Positions 52,744-62,324 of a stretch of DNA of 64,000 bases are shown here, piece after piece; the stretch's first letter is position 1; every line of letters begins with the position of its first letter. Under the pieces are notes generated by a model. That model was not told the DNA's origin. It worked only from the letters and a program-made list of their open reading frames with translations, and did no database searches. Made by a program: the position numbers and the translations under genes. This DNA is from Candidatus Acidiferrum sp. (lineage in GTDB: Bacteria > Verrucomicrobiota > Verrucomicrobiia > Limisphaerales > UBA8199): the NCBI GenBank assembly GCA_035566435.1, contig DATMRF010000117.1, positions 127,052 through 191,051 on the forward strand, read 5' to 3'.

Positions 52744-52764
52744 CCGGAAAACACCCGGCCCGGC

Positions 52765-52947
52765 TTAGCTTTCCAAAAACCGCACCAGTTCCTTGCGGAT
52801 TTGGTCCAACCGCCGCCGGTCTGTCTCGCGCTTTTCGAACAGGAGCCGGGAAACCTCAGGGTTAACCTTAAGGTTCTGTTCCGCGTACGCCTGGAGCTTC
52901 AGGTCCATCATTTCTTCGAGCAAGCCTATGAGTATCTCACCAGTCAT
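52765..52947 (-). CDS. Small hypothetical protein (60 aa)
   Basis: Table ORF with balanced, helical-looking composition (MTGEILIGLLEEMMDLKLQAYAEQNLK...). No recognisable family. Confidence 0.25.
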   Translation of the reverse strand: MTGEILIGLLEEMMDLKLQAYAEQNLKVNPEVSRLLFEKRETDRRRLDQIRKELVRFLES

Positions 52948-53305
52948 AAGTTCATCATCGCGTTACGCCTCGGTTGAGAGCCGGTCGCGTCTTTTCCCGG
53001 CGTTATCACAACCTTCAGTCGTGCCAAATTCCCGGGAAGCAGCAGATGCCAAGCCACCTTTCTGGTGACTGGAATGAACTGGAGGCCAGGGGTCTGTCAG
53101 GGAGATGCTGTCCAGTATCAAGGCACTCAGCCCGGATATTTCACACCCCAGTCTCCACTGTTGCGACACGGTCGTAGGTGTGACATATCCCGGTTAGGTC
53201 AATGAGTCGAGGTTTCCGGAGCGCTCGCCCGATCCGGGACGGACCGGGTACGGCACGAACGCTTTCCCCCTTGAACTCGGCAGCGTGGACTTCTAATGTC
53301 GGCGC

Positions 53306-53884
53306 ATGAAACGAATTTCCTTTTTGTTGGCAGCGCTGACCCTCTGCGCAGGCCCGAGGTTGCGCGCCCAGGACGCCGGCACCGAGGAGCGTTTTAACAA
53401 ACTCGCCGGCCAAATCGAGGATTTGCGGGCCGGCCAGGATGCGCTCCGCCGCCAGCTCGAGACGGTCGGAAAGGAGCTGGACTCCCTCCGAGAACAGGTG
53501 AACAAACCCACCGGCAATTATGCCAGCCAGGAAGATTTGAAACGCGTCGCTGAAGCCGTCAAGGACATCGACCGCAAACGCATCGAAGACGCTGACAAAA
53601 TCCACAATGACCTCCTTAAACTCCAAAAGAGTCTGGCTGTGCCACCCGGCCCAAAGCCTAAACCGACGCCAAACGAGAACCCGACCCCGGATAAGCTGCC
53701 GGTCCCGGATAAGGGCTATGAGTACATCGTCAAAAAAGGCGATACGCTTTCGATTATTGTCCAGGCCTATCGTGACAACAACATCAAGGTTACCACCGAC
53801 CAAATCCTCAAAGCGAACCCAGGCCTGAAACCGGAACGGATGAAAGTTGGTCAGAAGATCTTCATCCCTGCGCCTCAGCCGTAA
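53306..53884 (+). CDS. Secreted coiled-coil protein with a C-terminal LysM peptidoglycan-binding domain
   Basis: Table ORF. Signal peptide MKRISFLLAALTLCAGPRLRAQ. LysM: YIVKKGDTLSIIVQAYRDNNIKVTTDQILKANPGLKPERMKVGQKIFIP. Confidence 0.7.
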   Translation: MKRISFLLAALTLCAGPRLRAQDAGTEERFNKLAGQIEDLRAGQDALRRQLETVGKELDSLREQVNKPTGNYASQEDLKRVAEAVKDIDRKRIEDADKIHNDLLKLQKSLAVPPGPKPKPTPNENPTPDKLPVPDKGYEYIVKKGDTLSIIVQAYRDNNIKVTTDQILKANPGLKPERMKVGQKIFIPAPQP

Positions 53885-53893
53885 TGAGAGGTT

Positions 53894-54655
53894 TTGAGTC
53901 CGAAGCCACAACGCATTGCGAAACCAGAACCTTTAAACGATCAAATGAGCACTGCTACCAGCTTTCGAAATGTCACGGACCTTCGTTCTTTCGGTTTCCA
54001 CACCCTGGCGCTGCTGTCTCTGGTGCTCATCGCTGGTTCGCTTACAGTCCAGGCGCAGGACACGGTCACGATTTCCAAGTCGCGCCTTGAAGAGCTCGAA
54101 CGCAACGAAGCTGAGCTTCAAAAGTTAAAACAAGCTGTCACGAACCCTCCGGCCGGGAAGGCGCCGGCGCCGTACGCCCAGCCGGGCGCCATCACAACAT
54201 TACCCGGGAGCCCGGGGGCAGCACTGGCAGTGACGCGTGCCAGCCCGCCGGTCACTTCGCTTCCGCCGCTTCAGGAGGGGGAAGTCGTGGAGTCGCTGGA
54301 CCTGGCCAACCAGTATCGCGCCGATCCCGCCGCAGCCGACCAGCGCTACCGCGGCCGGAAATTTACCGTGCGCGGCCAAATCGCCGGCTTTGAAAAGCCG
54401 ATGCTCAAAAAAAACTACAAAATGCTTTTGCCCGGGCCGGATCGAGCAACCATGGTCATCTGTGATCTGCTCCCGCCCGAGAAGTTCAACGCGGTGTTTA
54501 CTATCGATCACGGCGTTCAATTGGTCGGCCAGTTCGGCGAAAACCGCGAAACGCTTGCCAGAGTGGGTCAGGCCGTGCTGGTCAACGGCCGCTGCCGGGG
54601 TTGGAAAGATTCTTCGGTCATCTTCACCGCCGATAGCTTTCAGCCGGTGCGCTGA
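53894..54655 (+). CDS. Hypothetical secreted/membrane-anchored protein
   Basis: Table ORF; alternative start at 53945 (MSTATS...). One hydrophobic segment (FHTLALLSLVLIAGSLTVQA). No family recognised. Confidence 0.4.
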   Translation: MSPKPQRIAKPEPLNDQMSTATSFRNVTDLRSFGFHTLALLSLVLIAGSLTVQAQDTVTISKSRLEELERNEAELQKLKQAVTNPPAGKAPAPYAQPGAITTLPGSPGAALAVTRASPPVTSLPPLQEGEVVESLDLANQYRADPAAADQRYRGRKFTVRGQIAGFEKPMLKKNYKMLLPGPDRATMVICDLLPPEKFNAVFTIDHGVQLVGQFGENRETLARVGQAVLVNGRCRGWKDSSVIFTADSFQPVR

Positions 54656-54739
54656 GCTGGAGAACCGGGGCCGGCTGGATTCGAAGTGGTTTCGGTTGCC
54701 GAGCGCCGGCTGTCGAGTCTTCCGCCACTAGCAAGAGGT

Positions 54740-56041
54740 TCAGAGTGACCGCTTATCGATGACCCGTTTTGCCTTTCCTTCATTCACGGGCAGCGAGCCG
54801 GGCGGAACCAGGTCCACCTTCGGCTTGACCCAAATCTCGGCGTGGAGTTTTTCCACCAGCTCCTGTTGCAACGCCGCCAGGTGCTCGACTTGGCCGTCAA
54901 AGCTGGCGGCCGCCAGCTCCACCTTCACGGTCAGATTATCCAGCCCTTCGATCACAATCAGGTAATTACGGCCCACCTGCGGCTTGGACATCAGCACGCG
55001 CTCGATTTGCTGCGGAAAGAGGTGCGCGCCGCGGATAAAGAGCATGTCGTCCGAGCGACCGGTGATGCGGTTGATCCGCCGATGGGTTCGGCCGCAGGCG
55101 CACGGTTCCGCCGCCACCGAGGTGATGTCGCGCGTTCGATAGCGCAGCAGCGGCATCGCTTCCCGCATCAGGCTCGTCAGGACCAGTTCGCCCGTTGCGC
55201 CCTCCGGCAGCAGCTCGCCGGTCTGCGGATTAATGATCTCCAGCAGGAAGTTGTCCTCCCACAAGTGCATTCCCGCTTTGTGCTCGCACTCGAACGCTAC
55301 CCCCGGGCCGTTCATTTCCGTGAGGCCGTATGAATTGTACACGTCGAGGTTGAAGGCCTGTTCGATCCGCCGGCGGGTTTCCTCCGTGTATGGCTCTGCC
55401 CCGACAAAGGCTTTCCGCAGCGACAGGTCCCGGCTCGGGTCGAGGCCTTTTTGCTCGAGGAAATTGGCGAAATACAACGCGTAGCTGGGCAGAATATGGA
55501 CTGCGGTGGTCCGAAAGTCCTGCATCAGCATCAGTTGCCGCTCCGATGTTCCCGGACCCGCGGGAATGACCAGACAACCCACTTTCTCCGCTCCATAATG
55601 CATCACCAACCCGCCTGTGAACAGGCCGTAGCTCATCATGTTCTGGAACACGTCCCTGGCGGTAAGCCCCGTCGCCACCAACGACCGGGCGATTAACTCG
55701 GCGGCGTTATTCACATCCTGGCGCGAAAAGAACAGCGCTTTCGGCTTGCCCGTGGTACCGCTCGACGTGTGCAGCCGCACCGGCGCTTCCCGCGGGACCG
55801 CCAGTAACCCGTCGGGGTAGGTCGCGCGCAAATCCGCGCTGGTGGTGAAGGGCAGCCGTCGCGCGTCCGCCAGCGTTTTGATGTGCTCCGGCCGGAGGAC
55901 CGATTCCGCGAATTTCCTCTGGTAAAAGGGCACGTGCGCCGCCACGCGCCGGACCGTCTCCTGCAAGCGTTGAAGTTGGAGTTGTTCGAGCGCCGGACGC
56001 GCCATCGTTTCCGATTCCCGGTCCCAGAACATGGTGCCCAA
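54740..56041 (-). CDS. paaK: Phenylacetate-CoA ligase (PaaK / coenzyme F390 synthetase family adenylating enzyme)
   Basis: Table ORF of 433 aa. ...LHTSSGTTGKPK... AMP-binding motif; YGLTEMNGPGVAFEC; C-terminal ...PPGSLPVNEGKAKRVIDKR, typical of PaaK. Confidence 0.75.
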   Translation of the reverse strand: MGTMFWDRESETMARPALEQLQLQRLQETVRRVAAHVPFYQRKFAESVLRPEHIKTLADARRLPFTTSADLRATYPDGLLAVPREAPVRLHTSSGTTGKPKALFFSRQDVNNAAELIARSLVATGLTARDVFQNMMSYGLFTGGLVMHYGAEKVGCLVIPAGPGTSERQLMLMQDFRTTAVHILPSYALYFANFLEQKGLDPSRDLSLRKAFVGAEPYTEETRRRIEQAFNLDVYNSYGLTEMNGPGVAFECEHKAGMHLWEDNFLLEIINPQTGELLPEGATGELVLTSLMREAMPLLRYRTRDITSVAAEPCACGRTHRRINRITGRSDDMLFIRGAHLFPQQIERVLMSKPQVGRNYLIVIEGLDNLTVKVELAAASFDGQVEHLAALQQELVEKLHAEIWVKPKVDLVPPGSLPVNEGKAKRVIDKRSL

Positions 56042-56204
56042 CGGTCTATACCTTTTGGCGCCGAAAGTCCAGCCGCGAAATTAGAAGGCATCGGGCGTGG
56101 TTTAATTGATCATTTGGCTAATTAATGTGGTTAAGAAACACTTCATATAACTGAGCTCCTCCGCCGCGCTGGCGGCGGCTTCGAGTGCGAGGTATAGATA
56201 CACA

Positions 56205-58169
56205 GTGAAACCCAGCATCCGCGTCGCTTCCGCTCCCGGCAAGCCACTGGTGATTTTCGACGGGGACTGCAACTTCTGCTCGCTGTGGGTCCGGCGCTGG
56301 GAACAGGAGTCAGCTGGGCGGGTGGATACTTTGGTGGCGCAGGATGGGCGGGTCCCAGCGCAATTTCCCGAGTTGTCTCCTGAACGGCTCGCGTCAGCCG
56401 TTCATCTCGTGGAGACGGATGGCGTCGTGTATAGCGGCGCGGAAGCTGTATTCCGAACCCTGGCGCACCGCGAGCGCGGAGCTTGGGTGCTCGACTTTTA
56501 CGAGCGTCACCCGGTGTTCGCTCATGCGAGCGAACGATGTTACGCGTTCGTCGCGCGTCATCGGCATTTTTTTTCCTGGCTCACGCGCCTGGGCTGGGGC
56601 CAGGACCTCGCGACGCCGTCGCACCGGCTGGTGCAGGCCGTGTTTCTGCGGTGGGTCGGAGCCGTTTATTTCATCGCATTTGTGTCGCTCTGGGTACAGA
56701 TCATCGGCCTGATCGGCAACGATGGAATACTGCCGGCCCGACTTACGCTGGAGAGCGTGCGACAACGAGCGCCCTCCGCTCACGCGGGTTGGGAGCGTTT
56801 TCACAACCTGCCGACGCTTTGCTGGCTTGATGCCAGTGACGGCTTCCTCCAGGCGCAGTGCGCCGCCGGAACGTTCCTGTCCCTGCTGGTGCTCGCCGGG
56901 CTCGCGCCGGCACCCTGCCTGTTTGGCCTCTGGCTGTTGTACCTGTCGCTCGCAACCGTGAGCCGCGAATTCCTGTCCTTTCAGTGGGACGCCTTGCTGC
57001 TGGAGATTGGTTTCCTGGCTGTTTTTTTTTCGCCGGGCCAACTCCTGCCGCGGCGCAACCGCGCGCGCGAGCCCTCCCGGCTCGTTTTGTGGCTGCTCCG
57101 CTGGTTGTTGTTCCGGATCATGTTCGCCTCGGGCTGCGTCAAGCTTCTGAGCGGCGATCCCGCCTGGCGCAACCTGACCGCGCTGAGTTATCATTACGAA
57201 ACGCAGCCACTGCCGACCTGGCTGGGATGGTACGTCTTTCAACTGCCGGCCGCGTTTCAAATGGTTTCCACCGCCGTGATGTTCGGCATCGAGTTGGTCC
57301 TGCCGTTCCTGATTTTTGCGCCGCGCCGCGTACGAAAAGTGCCCTTCGTTGCGTTCATTGCGCTCCAAACGCTCATTTTCCTGACCGGCAATTACTGCTT
57401 CTTCAACTTGCTCACGATTGCCTTGTGCGTGCTGCTGCTGGATGATTCAGACCTGAACCGGCTCTGGGCGGCGGTGACCCCGCGCCGTAAACGGCCTCGA
57501 GAGTCGATTTCGCGCGCTCAGGTTCAACCGGGCCTGGCGCGCGCCCAACCGAGCACGGCGAGCTCGCCCCAGCGGGTATTGGCTTGGCAATGGCCTGGTT
57601 TCGTCGCAGTGCCGCTGGCGTGTGTCGCGATCATCATTCCGTTGGTGGATTTCGCCGGTTTGTTCGGGTGGAAGCGCTCGTGGTCGGTCCCGGTCGCGGC
57701 AATTTGGAATTGGGCCGCACCCTTCCGAAGCCTCAACAGCTACGGCTTGTTCGCCGTGATGACCGCTTCGCGGCCCGAGATCATCGTCCAGGGCAGCAAC
57801 GACGGTGTCACCTGGCTCGACTACCAGTTCAAATACAAACCCGGCGATGTGCGGCGGGCACCTCGGTTTGTTGAGCCTCATCAGCCTCGGCTCGACTGGC
57901 AAATGTGGTTCGCTGCTCTTGGCGATTATCGTCAGAACCCCTGGTTCATCAATTTCTGCGTTCGGCTGTTGCAGGGCTCGCCCACAGTGCTGGCGTTGCT
58001 TGAGCGGAACCCATTTCCCGCCCGTCCACCGCGTTATGTCCGAGCGGTGGTGTACGACTACCACTTCACCACGCTCGCCGCGCGGCGGCAAACCGGAGCG
58101 TGGTGGCAGCGCGAGGAAAAACGCGAATACCTGCCCGTCATCTCCCTGCGCGCCCAGCAGCAGCAGTGA
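56205..58169 (+). CDS. Fusion protein: DCC1-like thiol-disulfide oxidoreductase (DUF393) N-terminus plus a lipase maturation factor (LMF1) family membrane domain
   Basis: Table ORF of 654 aa. N-terminal VIFDGDCNFCSLWVRRW is the DUF393/DCC motif. It is followed by multiple TM helices and conserved LMF-family regions (...YHYETQPLPTWLGWY...NYCFFNLLTIALCVLLLDD...). Confidence 0.6.
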   Translation: MKPSIRVASAPGKPLVIFDGDCNFCSLWVRRWEQESAGRVDTLVAQDGRVPAQFPELSPERLASAVHLVETDGVVYSGAEAVFRTLAHRERGAWVLDFYERHPVFAHASERCYAFVARHRHFFSWLTRLGWGQDLATPSHRLVQAVFLRWVGAVYFIAFVSLWVQIIGLIGNDGILPARLTLESVRQRAPSAHAGWERFHNLPTLCWLDASDGFLQAQCAAGTFLSLLVLAGLAPAPCLFGLWLLYLSLATVSREFLSFQWDALLLEIGFLAVFFSPGQLLPRRNRAREPSRLVLWLLRWLLFRIMFASGCVKLLSGDPAWRNLTALSYHYETQPLPTWLGWYVFQLPAAFQMVSTAVMFGIELVLPFLIFAPRRVRKVPFVAFIALQTLIFLTGNYCFFNLLTIALCVLLLDDSDLNRLWAAVTPRRKRPRESISRAQVQPGLARAQPSTASSPQRVLAWQWPGFVAVPLACVAIIIPLVDFAGLFGWKRSWSVPVAAIWNWAAPFRSLNSYGLFAVMTASRPEIIVQGSNDGVTWLDYQFKYKPGDVRRAPRFVEPHQPRLDWQMWFAALGDYRQNPWFINFCVRLLQGSPTVLALLERNPFPARPPRYVRAVVYDYHFTTLAARRQTGAWWQREEKREYLPVISLRAQQQQ

Positions 58170-58190
58170 GCTATATGCCAGCAGCGCTTG

Positions 58191-58742
58191 TCATTCCTTG
58201 GCTTCTTTCTCCTTGGGTTGCTTTCGCTTCATGAACATTCGCATGACCAACACCAGCAACAACCCCCCTCCCAGGGAAAGCAGAAGATCTTCGTACCGAA
58301 TCAGCACCGGGCCCAAGCCCAGGTTCAATTGTGTCACATGAGCGACGATCCCTCCCAGAAAAGCGCCGGCGAGCCCGAACACCACGGTCGCCGGACGCCT
58401 GAGCTTGGCTGTCATGTGCAGGACTCCGCCTACCAACAAGCCCATGATCACCCACGCGACGATCTCGTCGCGGGTCCGGTGACTGAGTCGCTGCTCATCG
58501 ATCTTCCGCCAGAGCTCCTCGATTTTATTCATGGCAGTCTTCCCCGCATCCGACAATTTCTGCTTGGCATCGTCGGCTGTGCTGGCGAATAGTTGACCCG
58601 TTCCTGGTGAGGCCGCCAGGGCCGGCGCAGGGCTGCTTGCCCCCGCTGCGCAAAGGAGCGCGAGGGCTAACCCGATCGCGTCAAACCGCGGCCGAAGCGG
58701 CCTTAAACCCGAAGTCAAGTTTAGTTTGGATAGAATGTTCAT
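58191..58742 (-). CDS. Membrane protein with a GlsB/YeaQ/YmgE-like (transglycosylase-associated) C-terminal TM domain
   Basis: Table ORF 58191..58781, trimmed to the verified ATG at 58742 (MNILSKLN...). Signal-like AIGLALALLCAAGA. C-terminal IVAWVIMGLLVGGVL...GLAGAFLGGIVAHV. Confidence 0.4.
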   Translation of the reverse strand: MNILSKLNLTSGLRPLRPRFDAIGLALALLCAAGASSPAPALAASPGTGQLFASTADDAKQKLSDAGKTAMNKIEELWRKIDEQRLSHRTRDEIVAWVIMGLLVGGVLHMTAKLRRPATVVFGLAGAFLGGIVAHVTQLNLGLGPVLIRYEDLLLSLGGGLLLVLVMRMFMKRKQPKEKEAKE

Positions 58743-59000
58743 GTTGTCACCAAGTTGGTGTCGCCTATGGGGGGCTGTCAAACGGAACGGCGCTTGCGGA
58801 GTACTGCCTCGGCGAAGGCGGGCTGGGGCGCGAAATTGGAATCCAGCGCCCCAACCGTGACTGACGGGTTACCTTCCGGGACCTGAACCCGGCCATTGTT
58901 TCAATGGATACCGTGCACAGTTTCAGCAAATAACACCCTTAGAATTTCTCTGTCCTCCCCCTTCGAAATCCGTTATTAACGGCAGGTCGATTTCGTCGAA

Positions 59001-59594
59001 ATGAAAGATTCGGGCCGAACGTTATTCAGCGGCAATGAAGCGATTGCCCTGACTGCACGGCGCGCTGGTGTTGTCCTTGGCGTGGACTACCCCGGCACCT
59101 CTTCCACAGAAATCCTGGAGTCCTTGCCCCAATACGGCGGGCGTGCTCAATGTTCGCCCAAACAGAAGGTCACGCTCGACGTCGTCATTGGCGCCGCGTT
59201 TGGCGCATCCGCGATGACGATCTCTGCTCCGAATTTGTCCAACCAGCGAGGAAATCGCCTCAACTTCGCGACACCTGCCAATACCGCATCGTGCTTGACA
59301 GTGAGCGCAAGCGCGACCGCATCGTTGCCGGTGACATCGGCTGGTACACACTTGGCGTGCTGCAACCTTTCGAGGCGATCAATTCCTACGTATGCATGGG
59401 GGTCAGCCTGGGCTTGCGCCATGTCCTGCCCTCCGACCAGGCCCGCCGAGTGGTCAGCGTCATCCGCGACAGCAGCTCCAAAACGCAAGCGAGTACTGTT
59501 GCGGTTCCGTGGGCCCGCAAGATTTTGGAGGGTATGGTGTACCGAAACAAGGACCCCATCCCGGTGCAAAAGCGGAATTGAGGCCAGCGAATGA
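59001..59594 (+). pseudogene. Decayed remnant of the indolepyruvate:ferredoxin oxidoreductase alpha subunit (iorA-like), frameshifted with a large internal deletion
   Basis: Frame 1 (59001..): MKDSGRTLFSGNEAIALTARRAGVVLGVDYPGTSSTEILE... compared with the IorA N-terminus LL.GNEAIA.GA.EAGV.VAAAYPGTPSTEI.E. Frame 3 (59150..59581) contains ...IVAGDIGWYTLGVLQPFEAINSYVCMGVSLG, compared with the IorA mid-region GDIGCYTLG...DTC.CMGASIG. Only ~190 codons in total, versus >600 in intact iorA. Confidence 0.45.
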
Positions 59595-61342
59595 AAAACC
59601 AATACCCTCGTCTGCGCGCTCTGTGTTTCCTTTTCTGGGCTCTGCTGCTGCTACCATCGCTGCCGGATTACGCTCAAACTGGTGCCACCTACCACAACCG
59701 CGCCGACCAGGCGTTGCAGAGTTTCCTCCTGAAGTTCTGGAACGGTGGCTCCCAGTACTTGCGCAACACGTCTCCCAGCGACGGCTCACTGACCGGTTAT
59801 TGGACTTACGCTCACGGGTGGGACGCCGTAATGGACGGCGTCGAACGCACCGGCGGCCAGCAGTATGCCGGGTGGATCGAAAGCCTTTATCTTGGCCAAA
59901 ATCAGCGCGGTTGGACCAACAACTATTACGATGACGAGTGTTGGATGGCCACGACCCTGACCCGTGCCTATGACCTCACTGGGAACAGCAAATACCTGAA
60001 CCAGGCCACTGCCCTGTACGCCGATATTATGACTGGTTGGGACACGACCTGCTGCGGGGCCGCACCTGGCGGCATGTGGTGGGACAAAACCAGAACACAG
60101 AAGGCCACTGCGGCCAACGCCGGCGCCGCGTTGCTCGGCGCGCGGCTCTACCTCCGCACCGGGAACTCGCTCTACCTGAGCTTCGCCCAACAGGTATACG
60201 GGTACTGGTACACCAACATGGTGAACCCCAGCACCTACCAGGTTTGCGACCATCTCCTCACCGATGGCACCAAGGTCTGGTGGAAGTTCACTTACAACGA
60301 AGGGCTGATGATCGGCGCGAGTGTGGCCCTCAACCAGGCCACGGGAGACCTCACTTACCTCGGCCGAGCCAATAGTATCGCCAATTTCATGATCAATAAC
60401 GAGGTGGCCTCGACCACGAACGGTCCGGTGCTCTATGACGGTGACAACTCGGGCTGCGGCGGTGATTGCCACGAATTTAAGGGGCCCGGTTACCGATACC
60501 TGATGCAGCTTTTTGCGCGGAACACCACCCAGGGCCAATACCTTTACGTGTTGCGCTCCAGCGCCAATTCCATCTGGAACATGGCTCTGAACCCAACCTC
60601 CACGGTCTTTTCGGTCAACTGGGCCGGCCCCTGGCAGACCAATGCCGACCAGGCCCAGGACAACGCCGCTTGCATCGCCCTCAGCCGGTTTGCGCAACAG
60701 AACGGTCTCTATCCGGGCTCCGGCGTTCCCTCCAACCAATATGAAGCCGAGAATGCGACCCTGCACAACCTCGGCGTCGAGGCCCTCTACGGCGCGTTCA
60801 CCGGCTGGGGCTATATCGCCGGCTGGAACGCGAACGGGACATCGGTTGACTTCAACGTAAACATCGCTACCGGCGGCGTATATGCACTCAGCCTTCGCTA
60901 CGCCGCCGGTGCCGGCAATGCCAGCCGGCTCATCAGCATCAACGGCTTCAACGCGTTCGTGAACCTCAGTTTCGCCAATACAGGCGCCTGGAACAGTTAC
61001 AGCACCAACACCGTAACGGCGAACCTGCCTGCGGGACAGAACACCATCACTGTCGCATTCAATTCCACCTACGGCAGCGCCAATTGGCTTAACCTCGATA
61101 ATCTCACCCTCATCCCGATCCAAATTCTGCTCGCCAGCCCCACAGTTTCACCGGCAGGAACGGTTCATCTGACCTGGACAGCCACCCCAGGCGTTTCTTA
61201 CCGGCCACAATATCGCAACACGCTCGGAACCGGCACCTGGACAGACCTGACCGCGCCGGTCGTGGCGACCGGCCCGAACGCCAGCGCCGATGACCTCTCA
61301 AGCCTCGGCGCAGCACGCTATTACCGGGTGGTAACGCCATAG
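59591..61342 (+). CDS. Glycoside hydrolase family 76 (alpha-1,6-mannanase-like) plus CBM6/CBM35-like module plus C-terminal YYR-motif domain, secreted
   Basis: Table ORF. Signal peptide. GH76-type motifs (NNYYDDECWMATTL, WWDKT). The carbohydrate-binding-module-like segment is QYEAENATLHNLGVEAL...GWGYIAGWNANGTSVDFNV. The C-terminus is ...VHLTWTATPGVSYRPQYRNTLGTGTWTDLTAPVVATGPNASADDLSSLGAARYYRVVTP*. Confidence 0.65.
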   Translation: MKNQYPRLRALCFLFWALLLLPSLPDYAQTGATYHNRADQALQSFLLKFWNGGSQYLRNTSPSDGSLTGYWTYAHGWDAVMDGVERTGGQQYAGWIESLYLGQNQRGWTNNYYDDECWMATTLTRAYDLTGNSKYLNQATALYADIMTGWDTTCCGAAPGGMWWDKTRTQKATAANAGAALLGARLYLRTGNSLYLSFAQQVYGYWYTNMVNPSTYQVCDHLLTDGTKVWWKFTYNEGLMIGASVALNQATGDLTYLGRANSIANFMINNEVASTTNGPVLYDGDNSGCGGDCHEFKGPGYRYLMQLFARNTTQGQYLYVLRSSANSIWNMALNPTSTVFSVNWAGPWQTNADQAQDNAACIALSRFAQQNGLYPGSGVPSNQYEAENATLHNLGVEALYGAFTGWGYIAGWNANGTSVDFNVNIATGGVYALSLRYAAGAGNASRLISINGFNAFVNLSFANTGAWNSYSTNTVTANLPAGQNTITVAFNSTYGSANWLNLDNLTLIPIQILLASPTVSPAGTVHLTWTATPGVSYRPQYRNTLGTGTWTDLTAPVVATGPNASADDLSSLGAARYYRVVTP

Positions 61343-61442
61343 GTCTGCCCCGGTTTTGGGGATTGAATAGATTGGACAACCCGCCAGTCCAAGGGTATAG
61401 ACAAAACAACGGATCAAACCGGCAGATTAGCCACAAGGTCCT

Positions 61443-62192
61443 ATGAAAACGCGGATATCACCAAGCTGGGTTTTGGGGCTGGTGTTAGTCGCCTCAGTTC
61501 CCGCAATCGTCGCGCAGGAAACGGCCAAATCTTCACCGGCTTTCGCGCCAGGCCAAGCTGTGTCAACGAGTCCGGTGAAGCCGTACGAATCGCCATGGTT
61601 CACCGAGCTCGGCAAACTGGCCCGGGCCGGCATCGAGGACGGCGTCATGCTCGCCTTTGTCGATTCAGCGGGCACGTTCAATCTCCGGCCCGAGCAAATC
61701 ATCCATCTGCGGGACCTGGGTGTCGCCAGCGACGTTATCAACGCGATTCTCCAGCACGATTCCGAGATTGCCCTCGGCTTGCGACAGGTCCCGGCCTCGA
61801 CGCCGCCGGATTCCTTTTCCGCGCTCGAGAAGCTCCTGGTCGCTGGTAACAGCAGTCCAGCCGCGACTGCCGCTCGTCCAGCATCCTCGACAGCGCCAAA
61901 GCTGGTCGAGCCAGACGCATCGCCTGGCCCGGCTAGCGGAGCCTCTACGGTCGCCGCTGCGAGCCCTCCCAGCCGGAACTCCATCGAGCTCGCATCATCT
62001 CATGGCGAAGACTTGGCGCTTGGCCTGACTATGGCCGAGCCGGTGCAACCCAACGCCCTCCCAACAGAGCTTTCTCCGGTCCGCAAGCCCTACCCCGAGC
62101 AGCTCACGAATCCGATCATCATGGTCAGAGGCGTGGGCCGGGTGCCGAACCTCGTGGTGATTGAGGGGTTTGCCCACTCGGAGGAACGCTGA
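61443..62192 (+). CDS. Secreted hypothetical protein (Ala/Pro/Ser-rich middle)
   Basis: Table ORF. Signal peptide MKTRISPSWVLGLVLVASVPAIVAQE. Confidence 0.45.
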   Translation: MKTRISPSWVLGLVLVASVPAIVAQETAKSSPAFAPGQAVSTSPVKPYESPWFTELGKLARAGIEDGVMLAFVDSAGTFNLRPEQIIHLRDLGVASDVINAILQHDSEIALGLRQVPASTPPDSFSALEKLLVAGNSSPAATAARPASSTAPKLVEPDASPGPASGASTVAAASPPSRNSIELASSHGEDLALGLTMAEPVQPNALPTELSPVRKPYPEQLTNPIIMVRGVGRVPNLVVIEGFAHSEER

Positions 62193-62324
62193 ACCGCTAA
62201 AACGGAATCAGACTTCGAATTTCAAGAGCCCTAGAACCACCGAGCCGTCTTGACGTTTCCACGCTCCCACGTTTGGCCGTTTTAACCTGTTTACGTTGTG
62301 AACGCTTCATCACTGTCCCAGGCT

